Shown: positions 25,276-33,461 of the stretch, piece by piece | How positions within the stretch are numbered: position 1 is the stretch's first letter | How the letters are laid out: each line of letters opens with the position of its first letter | NCBI GenBank assembly: GCA_964570965.1 | Contig: CAZNAX010000001.1 | Coordinates: 41,469-105,468 of the forward strand | Source of the DNA: an uncultured Desulfatibacillum sp. | Lineage (GTDB): Bacteria; Desulfobacterota; Desulfobacteria; Desulfobacterales; SpSt-501 | Length of the DNA: 64,000 nucleotides | Direction: 5' to 3' | Program-made: the position numbers and the translations under genes | The notes under the pieces: model-generated | Databases searched by the model: none | Seen by the model: the letters and a program-made list of their open reading frames with translations, nothing else | Told to the model about the DNA's origin: nothing

Positions 25276-26414
25276 CAATGCTGGGAAACGAATTTGCAGA
25301 CAAGTTGAGGATTCTTACTTCACAGATCGATGATGCACTCATCGATCAAGGAAAGTTGTCATACAGAGATTGTATACTACTCACAGAGGGTGCACAGCGT
25401 CTGATAGATATACTGGACACGAAGCACAATGAGCAGAAGGAGTCGTCTGATAAAGAGGACGATGCCAAAGCTTGGCAGGCTAACCAGCTTGCGAACAAGT
25501 TGAAGGATGCCGAGTTCGCCATCAGTGGGCACAAGAGCACGATCGAGCTCCAGAAAGAACAGCTGAATAGGTACGAGGGGGAAGTAGAGTCCTTGATCAG
25601 GACGGTCGAGAGTCTTGTGGGAGAGGCTCATGACCATTACCTGAAGGAGGAGAAGCGTAGGCGCAGAGTATGTGATCTGCTTCACATACCTACTGGTATA
25701 GAGTGGGATACCATAGAGGCTAGGATGGAAGAGGTATTCGGTTCAACTGCGAAACCGAAGGAGGAATCCCAGCGAATCGGGATCGAATCAGGATCGGATC
25801 AGAATGGCACTTTCGCAGTCTGTCACTATAGATATGAGATCAGAAAGCTCCTTGACGTAGCTCCAGATACCTCCTGGAAGACCGTCATAAAGAAGATAGG
25901 TGAGATCAAAGCGGATGTTGAGGATAGAACGGCAGAGGTTGAGAGGCTGAAGGTTGAGCTGAATAAGTTCGGTGGGTTGGGTTATGATCATGTTAGATCG
26001 CTGCACGAAGAGATCTCCGATATGCGTAAAGACTGGGAGGAGCGTGTAGCGCGAGTAGTTGAAAAGAGCGAGGAAGCTCGAAAACGCTACTTGGATATCA
26101 AAGGGACTGCTCGAGATGACCTGCAAAAGCGTGAAGAAGTGTTCAACGAAGGTCTCAGTGAGGGTCTCAATCTAGCCTGCTCGTTCTTGAAAACTACTTC
26201 GGCCTCTTTCTTCAATAGTGACAGCGAAAAGACTGATCCCCAGCAACCATACCGAGAGCTTATCAGCTCAATGCTTATCAACATCAGACGGATGATGAAG
26301 TTCATCATGATGTTGGAGAACTTGAAGGGCATCGATGTTGATCCTTCTGAGTACGTAGGGATGAGGATTCAGCTCAAGATCATGGAAGATGTGGCGACTA
26401 AGGCTGGCTACTAG
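25272..26414 (+). CDS. Coiled-coil protein
   Basis: 380 aa with ATGA overlap, charged and helical throughout. It contains two copies of the R..(I/L/V).(D/E/K).L.(I/V)...W..(I/V)I motif. Confidence 0.7.
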   Translation: MTMLGNEFADKLRILTSQIDDALIDQGKLSYRDCILLTEGAQRLIDILDTKHNEQKESSDKEDDAKAWQANQLANKLKDAEFAISGHKSTIELQKEQLNRYEGEVESLIRTVESLVGEAHDHYLKEEKRRRRVCDLLHIPTGIEWDTIEARMEEVFGSTAKPKEESQRIGIESGSDQNGTFAVCHYRYEIRKLLDVAPDTSWKTVIKKIGEIKADVEDRTAEVERLKVELNKFGGLGYDHVRSLHEEISDMRKDWEERVARVVEKSEEARKRYLDIKGTARDDLQKREEVFNEGLSEGLNLACSFLKTTSASFFNSDSEKTDPQQPYRELISSMLINIRRMMKFIMMLENLKGIDVDPSEYVGMRIQLKIMEDVATKAGY

Positions 26415-26427
26415 AAAGATGGGATCA

Positions 26428-26465
26428 GGGGGCCAGGTGGGTGGGGGAGAGACCACCTGGCCCCC
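26428..26465 (+). terminator. 13-bp perfect GC-rich hairpin
   Basis: GGGGGCCAGGTGG (26428-26440) pairs with CCACCTGGCCCCC (26453-26465), followed by TATTGATCC, a weak U-tract. Confidence 0.6.
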
Positions 26466-26555
26466 TATTGATCCGCGTAGCCACTCAACAGGACCAAAGG
26501 AGATGCAGACAGAAATGTATCACGAGCTTTCGTGGATGTGAAGGAGGAAAGTGAG

Positions 26556-26768
26556 ATGTCAAAGGAAGCTAGAAGATTGGTACCGGCAGATGTGGTCGAG
26601 AGACGTAGAGAGAACATTTGTGAAGCGTTGGGGATCGAAACGGACTACAGTTGGACTCAGATCATCATAGAGATCAAGAGACTCGTGAATGAGCGAGACC
26701 ATTGGATGAGCGTAATCATGAAGCTGAGGCTGGAGCAGAAGAGAGAAGATGGAACAGATCGGAACTAA
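26556..26768 (+). CDS. Hypothetical small protein
   Basis: ATG 26556 follows GAAGGAGG. Contains RRENICEALGIETDYSWTQIIIEIKRL. Confidence 0.6.
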   Translation: MSKEARRLVPADVVERRRENICEALGIETDYSWTQIIIEIKRLVNERDHWMSVIMKLRLEQKREDGTDRN

Positions 26769-27264
26769 GGAGAGCTGTACATGTTCTACGTGCCGATCAG
26801 GCTGTGATCGAAGACCTGGATGGCTGTATCCAGATCAGCTCGGAAAGATAGCCAAGCACCTGAAGATGTCTCAGAAGAGGTTATTCGAGGAGTACCTATC
26901 AGTAGACTGGTGGGAGAGCTACTTCGACAATGATTCCAGTGATCATAGGGCCTATATCATTGCGCCGGCGATTGTTGGATACGAGGGTGGATACTACCCT
27001 ACCCATCCAGAAGGACGCTGCTCCTTCTATCTGAACGAACGATGTCTGATCCATCCAGTCAAACCGATCGAGTGCGCTACGGCCTGGTGTGGTAATCCGT
27101 TCACTGCAGCTAGGTCCGCTGAGGTCGTGTTTCTGAAGAAAGACATTGCCAGGGCATGGCAGGAACCGAAGAACAGATCTATGATGAGAAGGCTTTTTGG
27201 TCGTGATCCGCACAGGATAGGTCATCTAGAGGAACTACTTCTGAGTCGTCTGGGCGTACCCTAA
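26749..27264 (+). CDS. YkgJ/UPF0153-like Cys-rich protein (paralog 2)
   Basis: 171 aa. Motifs CTCSTCRSGC...GRCSFYLNERCLIHPVKPIECATAWC. Confidence 0.5.
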   Translation: MEQIGTKESCTCSTCRSGCDRRPGWLYPDQLGKIAKHLKMSQKRLFEEYLSVDWWESYFDNDSSDHRAYIIAPAIVGYEGGYYPTHPEGRCSFYLNERCLIHPVKPIECATAWCGNPFTAARSAEVVFLKKDIARAWQEPKNRSMMRRLFGRDPHRIGHLEELLLSRLGVP

Positions 27265-27345
27265 TCGATCTTGTGGGAAATGGGTATAAGGGCTACGACA
27301 GAGTCAGAGCTGTCTAGCCCTTTCTTTAGATGTCAGGTGAGTAGC

Positions 27346-27723
27346 ATGGAACTAGTACACTACAAGGATTCGTCGACCGGACAGGATAAGTTTATCCTTG
27401 AGATCAATCATGACGAAGCGATCTTGTTGCAGGAAAGTATCTTGCGGCAGATGCGAGGTTGGAGTTCGAATACTGGTAGATGGGAGATACCAGAATGTCC
27501 GTACAAGAAGGGATCAGTGATCGAGGAAACGATGTACAACACTGATGGGAGTACATGCTACCTCACTGTGGCTGTCCTACCCAATGCTATGCGTTTGAGT
27601 CCTTACTACAAGAGGAGGATCTCTGATCTTCTTGAGTCGTACAAGAAGGGTAGTACGGACCAATCAACGAGGATCATCTCCAGTGCAGAAGCACTACTGA
27701 TGGATCTGTTGAACAAGGAGTGA
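27346..27723 (+). CDS. Hypothetical protein
   Basis: ATG 27346 follows AGGTGAG (MELVHYKDSSTGQDKF...). The longer ORF-track start lacks an RBS. Confidence 0.6.
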   Translation: MELVHYKDSSTGQDKFILEINHDEAILLQESILRQMRGWSSNTGRWEIPECPYKKGSVIEETMYNTDGSTCYLTVAVLPNAMRLSPYYKRRISDLLESYKKGSTDQSTRIISSAEALLMDLLNKE

Positions 27724-27726
27724 GAG

Positions 27727-28077
27727 ATGGATGAATCGTTTGGCTGTAAGAGGTGTGGGTATTGCTGCATCTACTTGGATGTAGTGATACAGCGTATGAT
27801 GCCGGATGGAACAAAGCGTTACTACTACAAGCCTTTCGATCATATTTGCCCGCATTTGACGTTTGACGACAAGACAGCTGCATGTGCCATTCACGACGAG
27901 CTTGACTACAAAGAGTGTCCGTGTGATCGGCACAACAATCCAGAATACGATCCCGACATCTTGCATTGGGGTACCGAGTGGAGATGTATCGGACCCAAGT
28001 TGGTTATGCAAAAGATCTACGAGATAAGACCGCCTAAAAGGGTAACGTGGGAGGAATTGACAGAATTGGGTGATTAG
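27727..28077 (+). CDS. YkgJ/UPF0153-like Cys-rich protein (paralog 3)
   Basis: 116 aa with RBS AAGGAG. Motifs CKRCGYCC...ICPHLTFDDKTAACAIHDELDYKECPC. Confidence 0.5.
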   Translation: MDESFGCKRCGYCCIYLDVVIQRMMPDGTKRYYYKPFDHICPHLTFDDKTAACAIHDELDYKECPCDRHNNPEYDPDILHWGTEWRCIGPKLVMQKIYEIRPPKRVTWEELTELGD

Positions 28078-28079
28078 CC

Positions 28080-28769
28080 ATGAAGATGACATCGATCGAT
28101 TTTGACTACTGGTACTGTGGGGAGGACAACGACGACAACCTGCACTGCGGGTATTGTGCGAACGAGGTGGATGGACTGCCCAGTAACCGTAGACCAACGA
28201 CGTTCACAGCCTACCCCATACTAACGCAGGATCACGTGCTCAGAAAAATACCGTCCGGGACTCCTATCTACGTGGCGGAAAGCCATGCGTCCATACTACA
28301 GTTGATTGTGGATTTGAAGGTTGATGTGAATGATCTAGAGATCTGGAACGTCGATCATCATTCGGATGATCTAGATGGTATCCTAGGTCGTATGAGTCCA
28401 ATTCCGGGAATGCTCATCGATTGTAGTACGTGGGCCAGTGTGATCCAGGATATGGGCGCCACATACCGTTGGATTGTTGACTACGGGAAGAAGGGTGCAT
28501 ACGAATTCCTTCCTGATGATCCGGATGTTGTCTTCGTGTGCAAGTCGACAGTATGCTTGCACCGTACTGGGGATAGACCGTGGCACAAGTTTCTACGAGA
28601 CCTCAAGGATCGTGCTGCTGATGGTGATCTCAGATTTATTGGGCATAGGGCGTTAGAGCTTCGAAAAAGACATCTGATGCACTTGTGGAGAAAAGGAGCG
28701 GAAGTGAGCGAAGATGGACCTGCAAAGAGCGCAGAGATTAGTGGAAGACACATGCAAAAAGCTATCTGA
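28080..28769 (+). CDS. UPF0489-like (arginase/deacetylase-fold-like) protein candidate
   Basis: 229 aa. VAESHASILQLIV...LEIWNVDHHSDDL resembles the E-x-H...L-x-x-D-x-H-x-D-L signature I recall for UPF0489. Memory-based only. Confidence 0.35.
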   Translation: MKMTSIDFDYWYCGEDNDDNLHCGYCANEVDGLPSNRRPTTFTAYPILTQDHVLRKIPSGTPIYVAESHASILQLIVDLKVDVNDLEIWNVDHHSDDLDGILGRMSPIPGMLIDCSTWASVIQDMGATYRWIVDYGKKGAYEFLPDDPDVVFVCKSTVCLHRTGDRPWHKFLRDLKDRAADGDLRFIGHRALELRKRHLMHLWRKGAEVSEDGPAKSAEISGRHMQKAI

Positions 28770-29034
28770 GCTGAAGGCAGAGCTGATGGGCCTGGAGACG
28801 GTAGACTCTACTCCTATCAGCGGTGAGCTGTCACAAGCCCAGTTCGTGGATATGATCGTGGCGCAGATCAATGAGCTGAGCAGGAAGTACGTGATCCATG
28901 CGAATGTGTACCAAAAGCGAGTGATGAGGAGTGAGTACGATTGTGGTGATGAGAACGCAAGATCTCGTTACGTGGGTCCAACATACACAACGATCACACT
29001 GAGCTACTATGAAAACGAGTTGCGGAAGAGATAG
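28714..29034 (+). CDS. Hypothetical protein
   Basis: 106-aa ORF that overlaps the upstream gene by 56 nt. Start is uncertain. Confidence 0.5.
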   Translation: MDLQRAQRLVEDTCKKLSELKAELMGLETVDSTPISGELSQAQFVDMIVAQINELSRKYVIHANVYQKRVMRSEYDCGDENARSRYVGPTYTTITLSYYENELRKR

Positions 29035-29130
29035 TAGTGTTGGCCTAGACTCGGATGATCTTTACGGTATGCGCTATTGGCATCCAGAGATGACCAAGTC
29101 TATGGCCGCACTAATAACGGAGGCCAGCTC

Positions 29131-29373
29131 ATGCCAGACACGTTGTACAAGCAATGTAGGCTTCAGCGAGAGACTGGACATGGAATTGAGGAAACCACGA
29201 CGTGGATTCCGATCATGTATGCCTTTCGCGGGAGGATCTTGTCCCTGAAACAGAAGAACGGTGAGTGGAGTAGTGGATGGAAGGTGATCCAAGCGGATAC
29301 ACCTACGACAGAGGATGTCGTAGAGATGTACGAACGGCAGCACCGGTGGACAAGAGAGGCAAGTGACATATGA
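29131..29373 (+). CDS. Hypothetical small protein
   Basis: ATG 29131 follows GGAGG (MPDTLYKQCRLQRETGHGIEE...). Confidence 0.55.
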   Translation: MPDTLYKQCRLQRETGHGIEETTTWIPIMYAFRGRILSLKQKNGEWSSGWKVIQADTPTTEDVVEMYERQHRWTREASDI

Positions 29374-29783
29374 CGAAAGCCTACGACAAAACCCTAAGTC
29401 GAGTTGAGGACCGAATCCAGTCCAAGATCGTACAGTATCTTGGAAGTCCTAGATTTGAAGAGGATGTTGATTCCTTCATCAAGTTCAAAGTGCAGCGGGA
29501 GGTGAAGAAGAGGATTGAGTGGCTGATTGATCGAGATGTGAGCATGAAGGACACTATCCAATCCACGGCGGAGAAACTGCTGGAGAAGATACGAAAGACA
29601 AGGTTGAAGAAGAATGAGATAGACGCTTTGCTAGAGAGCGTTTCTGCCGACTACAAGTCAACTATAGAGCAGGCGTTGGATGACCTAGCCGCTGATAGAG
29701 CAGGTTTAGACGCAGCAGAGATCTTCCGCAAAGCGATCCAAAAGTTGAAGCTGCCTGAGCACAAGGAAGAGGAGGAGGGGTAG
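29370..29783 (+). CDS. Hypothetical helical protein
   Basis: 137 aa with ATGA overlap. Confidence 0.65.
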   Translation: MTKAYDKTLSRVEDRIQSKIVQYLGSPRFEEDVDSFIKFKVQREVKKRIEWLIDRDVSMKDTIQSTAEKLLEKIRKTRLKKNEIDALLESVSADYKSTIEQALDDLAADRAGLDAAEIFRKAIQKLKLPEHKEEEEG

Positions 29784-30008
29784 ATGATCCATAAGTACTG
29801 CTGCGACAACGTACTTCCTCTGAGCGATACGCCTGATCAGGCAATAGAGAAAGCCTTGGATCTCGGCAATAGATCAGAGTTGCCAAGTACTGTTCGCCTA
29901 TACCAGTTCGAGTCGATAGACGGCGACAACTGGAAGCTGTACCGAATCTCGGAGGTCCAGGACATCAACGTGAAAGAGTGGTTGGCTAAGAAAGGAGATA
30001 CCAGATGA
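29784..30008 (+). CDS. Hypothetical small protein
   Basis: 74 aa with RBS GGAGGAGGGG. Confidence 0.65.
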   Translation: MIHKYCCDNVLPLSDTPDQAIEKALDLGNRSELPSTVRLYQFESIDGDNWKLYRISEVQDINVKEWLAKKGDTR

Positions 30009-30442
30009 GAATGAGAAAGAAGCTGAACCTATTGAACCTGCAGGCATTCGTTGCGTACATGTACGCTGATCCTGAACACTGTTTGATCGTTGCAGCTCGA
30101 GATTATGAGCACGCACGTGGGGTTGCTGCGGAATTTCTGGGCTACTTGGCAGATGCGATCATAGTGCGTAAGACAGCGCAGAGACACATCAGACGAATGG
30201 AGACTAGCGGCGTAGCCTGGCAAGTGACGACGCGAGGTCACACTCCGCCACGATACGACTGGCGTAGGCTTCATGCGAAATGGGGAATACTCAACGAAAG
30301 GGAGAATGGGGTCTCTCGACTGAGAAAGAAGATCGCTACTGGATTGCTGAAAGAAGCTAGTGTGCAGATGGCAACCTTCTTCGGCAAGTGGAAGTTTCCT
30401 ATTCCATACTACCCGGAGCATGTCGATAAGGGTGCCAAATGA
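30005..30442 (+). CDS. Paralog family A, member 1
   Basis: 145 aa. LNLQAFVAYMYADPEHCLIVAARDYEHARGVAAEF...KTAQRHIRRMETSGVAWQV is clearly paralogous to the next gene at both protein and nucleotide level. Confidence 0.7.
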   Translation: MRMRKKLNLLNLQAFVAYMYADPEHCLIVAARDYEHARGVAAEFLGYLADAIIVRKTAQRHIRRMETSGVAWQVTTRGHTPPRYDWRRLHAKWGILNERENGVSRLRKKIATGLLKEASVQMATFFGKWKFPIPYYPEHVDKGAK

Positions 30443-30813
30443 AACCTAGGATCGAGCTCACAGAAGAATTGAACCTGCAGGCGTTCATTGCGTACATGAA
30501 CGATGATCTTGAACACTCCGTGATCGTTGCGGCACATGATAACGTTCACGCACGTGAGATAGCTGCGGAGTTCATGGATTGTCCATTCGCTAGGGTAGTA
30601 GTTCACAAGACAGCACAGAGGCATGTCAGGCGAATGGAGACTAGCGGCGTGGCCTGGCGGGTAGATACTCCACGATACTCGCGATACAAAATGGTGGAGC
30701 GGATCGAGTTTCTTAGACAACGGTTGATGATCGATTTCAATGTCGACTATGCTGCTCTGGAGCATCGAGTGATACTCGGTATGATGTGCCCCGGCATGTC
30801 AACAAAGGTGTAA
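30439..30813 (+). CDS. Paralog family A, member 2
   Basis: 124 aa. LNLQAFIAYMNDDLEHSVIVAAHDNVHAREIAAEF...KTAQRHVRRMETSGVAWRV. Its start shares a 29-nt identity with gene 30815. Confidence 0.7.
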   Translation: MKPRIELTEELNLQAFIAYMNDDLEHSVIVAAHDNVHAREIAAEFMDCPFARVVVHKTAQRHVRRMETSGVAWRVDTPRYSRYKMVERIEFLRQRLMIDFNVDYAALEHRVILGMMCPGMSTKV

Positions 30814-30814
30814 G

Positions 30815-31174
30815 ATGAAACCTAGGATCGAGCTCACAGAAGATCGGCATACAGGAATGTACGCCATTGTTTGGATCGTTGATGAGGATGAGGGTGCGTA
30901 CATCGGAGACTTCTGGTCCAAGAACAAAGACATCGTTGAGGTGTCGATGAATGATCGGGAAGAGTACGATGTGTGGAAGACCGAGAAGGTAGCCTTCCAG
31001 TTCAACCCTGACGCAATCAATCCATTCCGTTGGGATTCAAAGAGCGTGGCTAGTGCCGCACTTCGTGCGTGTAGGGCGGCACTGAAAGCGGCTGATAAGG
31101 ATCGTCCACTGCCAGATTGGGCGGTGAAGGCCCTGTCTGAAGGGTGGAAGCAGCCGAAAGGATGGAAGCCGTAA
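30815..31174 (+). CDS. Hypothetical protein sharing only the MKPRIELTE start with the upstream gene
   Basis: 119 aa. The first 29 nt are identical to 30439-30467 and the remainder is unrelated. Confidence 0.65.
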   Translation: MKPRIELTEDRHTGMYAIVWIVDEDEGAYIGDFWSKNKDIVEVSMNDREEYDVWKTEKVAFQFNPDAINPFRWDSKSVASAALRACRAALKAADKDRPLPDWAVKALSEGWKQPKGWKP

Positions 31175-31623
31175 TGGATGAGCATACTTCGCCATTTCAT
31201 ACACCAAACTATGACGACGTAGTCCACCTCGAGGCCCACGGACAGTGGCCTAATGGCGTAGTGCCGCGATGGGCAGAAGAGCTCGCCGAGAGGTGGGAGT
31301 GTTACCCGGTTCACCCAAAGGTACTCGAAGCAGCAATGAGGTTCGAGATCAACAAGCTTCGGGATGTGGTGGGGATCTGTCACGCTGCGATGCTCCTGCA
31401 CGATATGGCTAGCTGTCACAAGGCTTTCTCGTCAGAGATCGAGATTGCGGCACGTGCCATAGGCTTTGCTGCCAGAAGAGAGTGCGTTAGATGTGGGGCA
31501 GAGCTGAACGTGACCGAGGCGACAGATGAGAGCGGCAAGGTGATCCAAGTTCCTGAATACGTGATCTGCGGCAAGTGCCTAACACCGGAAGAGAAGGGTA
31601 TGTACAGTGGTGGAAAAGAATAG
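31174..31623 (+). CDS. Hypothetical protein with C-terminal zinc ribbon
   Basis: ATG 31174 in a TAATG overlap. C-terminal CVRCGAEL...VICGKC. Confidence 0.65.
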   Translation: MDEHTSPFHTPNYDDVVHLEAHGQWPNGVVPRWAEELAERWECYPVHPKVLEAAMRFEINKLRDVVGICHAAMLLHDMASCHKAFSSEIEIAARAIGFAARRECVRCGAELNVTEATDESGKVIQVPEYVICGKCLTPEEKGMYSGGKE

Positions 31624-31972
31624 AATTGACTTGGACAGTATGCTACGTAAGCGATCCCCAGAAGAGCTGAACGAGATTGTGAAGAGTATTCTGTCGAATC
31701 AGATCTTTCTCTCTACACAGATCAAGGATACCTCTTTGGTGTCGATGGTCTTCATGCCTCTATCTTTCACTGACGTCAAGGCAGAGGACATAGATCGAAT
31801 GCAGAAAGATCTAGGTGTTCTGTTCGCCTACCACGATAGTGCATTTCCTCGTTCCATCAACGGCATGCCTATGTTTCGAGAAGTGTGGGCTCTATGCAAA
31901 GAGGACTGGAACAAGGTCCGTGCAGTGCTGGAGATCGAAGAGAACAAGGACTACACTGATCAACTGAGATAG
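31607..31972 (+). CDS. Hypothetical protein
   Basis: 121-aa GTG-start ORF. An alternative ATG lies about 33 nt downstream. Confidence 0.55.
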   Translation: MVEKNRIDLDSMLRKRSPEELNEIVKSILSNQIFLSTQIKDTSLVSMVFMPLSFTDVKAEDIDRMQKDLGVLFAYHDSAFPRSINGMPMFREVWALCKEDWNKVRAVLEIEENKDYTDQLR

Positions 31973-31983
31973 GAGTGAGATCG

Positions 31984-32295
31984 ATGGATAGCATAAAGTT
32001 GCGCCTATGTTTCAAGACAATTCGTGACCAAAAGGATATAGAGAAACTACGTGAGATAGCTCTTGATCTGTTTACGCTTGCACGAACTCTAGATGTCAAC
32101 AGACGCGGACCCAACAACTACAAAGTAGTAGTGATCACGGGTCTGGACAGGCTTGTTACGGCTGCGCAAGGTTCTAAGGAGTATTGTCAGGGTTACTGTG
32201 ATCGTGAGGGCGAGAATGCCCTGGTTGTGTGCGGAAAAATGATCGTCTACCCAGAGGATAGGTGGGGGGAGTATCTAGATGATGTGGTTGATTGA
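31984..32295 (+). CDS. Hypothetical protein
   Basis: ATG 31984 lies 8 nt after AGGAG (MDSIKLRLCFKTIRDQKD...). Confidence 0.6.
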   Translation: MDSIKLRLCFKTIRDQKDIEKLREIALDLFTLARTLDVNRRGPNNYKVVVITGLDRLVTAAQGSKEYCQGYCDREGENALVVCGKMIVYPEDRWGEYLDDVVD

Positions 32296-32306
32296 AAGGA
32301 TAAGAG

Positions 32307-33452
32307 ATGGGGAAGAAACATAGACCGCGGCCAATGCTCCTGAGCGAGCCCACCATACCAGTCAGATCGATATTCATAGGAGCAACAAAAGCTCACTTCA
32401 ACGCGACTATCTTCAAGACAGAAGCTAGTCTCAATTGCAGTTTGGTGGAATGGTCAAGGGAGCTGATGTTGGACTTTCAGTATCGATTGAGTGACGAACC
32501 GGATCTACATAGGATCGTATACACCTTTGTCGACACGTTCGTGCACTTGCACAACACGGCCCCTTCTACTAAGGAGATCGTCGACACACTGATCGTAACG
32601 AGCAGTCACTCTGAGACTGGTATACGTGGATCACTATCCAGGCTTGTAGAGGCTGGATTTCTGACTAGACCTGCTAGAGAGTACTATTGGCCAGCTGACA
32701 TTGCTTTCGTGAAGGAGTGTAATCTGCCGGAGGTGCTGATGAAGAATGGATCTAACGGAAAAGGGAAAAGAAGTTCTCGCCGATCGCATAATGCAGGCGC
32801 TAAGGGAGAACCTGCTCGAGATCATACGCCAGCCATTCACGGAGGAGAAGATCAGGAGTCGAGTACTCGAAGTGATCAAAAGGACTCTCTCGACGGACTC
32901 ACCCTTGTTGCTGTCGGACCTCCGCGACTGTCACAACCCAGCACTGGATGTGCTGGAGGAAATGGACATCCAGATAGAGCAGATTCAGGACACGTTTCTG
33001 ATCACCCTGAAACGAAAGTGAATAACAAAGCCGATGTGCTCTATATGGATGAACGGACGTATGAGAGTCTCTGTGGAATGAGTGATAGCCCTGCGATTGT
33101 GAAGGGACCACAAATGTCCAAGAAGACGATAGACGTGAAGAACGAGATGGAACGAAAGAAGGTCAAGTTCAAGGAGCTGATAGAGCGGTACGACTTTCCT
33201 TCTGACAGTATACGAGAAGCGGTAGCGAGGATGCTCAGCGAAGAGGAAAAGCTGTTCCTCTACTGCAATCACATGTTCGATAGCTCCCACTTCGGGGATG
33301 CAGATATTGTGATCATGGGGCCGGATAGAACATTCAAGGCCTACAACCCGCCAGGGTACATAGGTGATCTACCTTCCATGCGGAAGCAACTAGTCGGCGA
33401 AGTTGATGTAGATGACGTGGTGAAGGAACTGTTGATCCAAGGACCACGATGA
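32307..33452 (+). CDS. Putative winged-helix DNA-binding protein with disordered linker
   Basis: 381 aa. APSTKEIVDTLIVTSSHSETGIRGSLSRLVEAGFLTR looks like a wHTH recognition unit. The central region is low complexity. It contains the peptide GLTLVAVGPPRLSQPSTGCAGG, shared with the tube candidate. Confidence 0.5.
   Translation: MGKKHRPRPMLLSEPTIPVRSIFIGATKAHFNATIFKTEASLNCSLVEWSRELMLDFQYRLSDEPDLHRIVYTFVDTFVHLHNTAPSTKEIVDTLIVTSSHSETGIRGSLSRLVEAGFLTRPAREYYWPADIAFVKECNLPEVLMKNGSNGKGKRSSRRSHNAGAKGEPARDHTPAIHGGEDQESSTRSDQKDSLDGLTLVAVGPPRLSQPSTGCAGGNGHPDRADSGHVSDHPETKVNNKADVLYMDERTYESLCGMSDSPAIVKGPQMSKKTIDVKNEMERKKVKFKELIERYDFPSDSIREAVARMLSEEEKLFLYCNHMFDSSHFGDADIVIMGPDRTFKAYNPPGYIGDLPSMRKQLVGEVDVDDVVKELLIQGPR
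32746..33021 (+). CDS. Possible overprinted alternative-frame ORF
   Basis: 91-aa ORF inside the linker of 32307..33452 with well-formed amphipathic composition (KEVLADRIMQALRENLLEIIRQPFTEEKIRSRVLEVIKR). GGAGGTG lies about 10 nt upstream. Unproven. Confidence 0.3.
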   Translation: MDLTEKGKEVLADRIMQALRENLLEIIRQPFTEEKIRSRVLEVIKRTLSTDSPLLLSDLRDCHNPALDVLEEMDIQIEQIQDTFLITLKRK

Positions 33453-33461
33453 GGAGACGAC

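Noticed and set aside
30799-31419. 206-aa minus-strand ORF
   Set aside because: It is antisense to two tightly coupled plus-strand genes in a uniformly plus-strand block, with no RBS.
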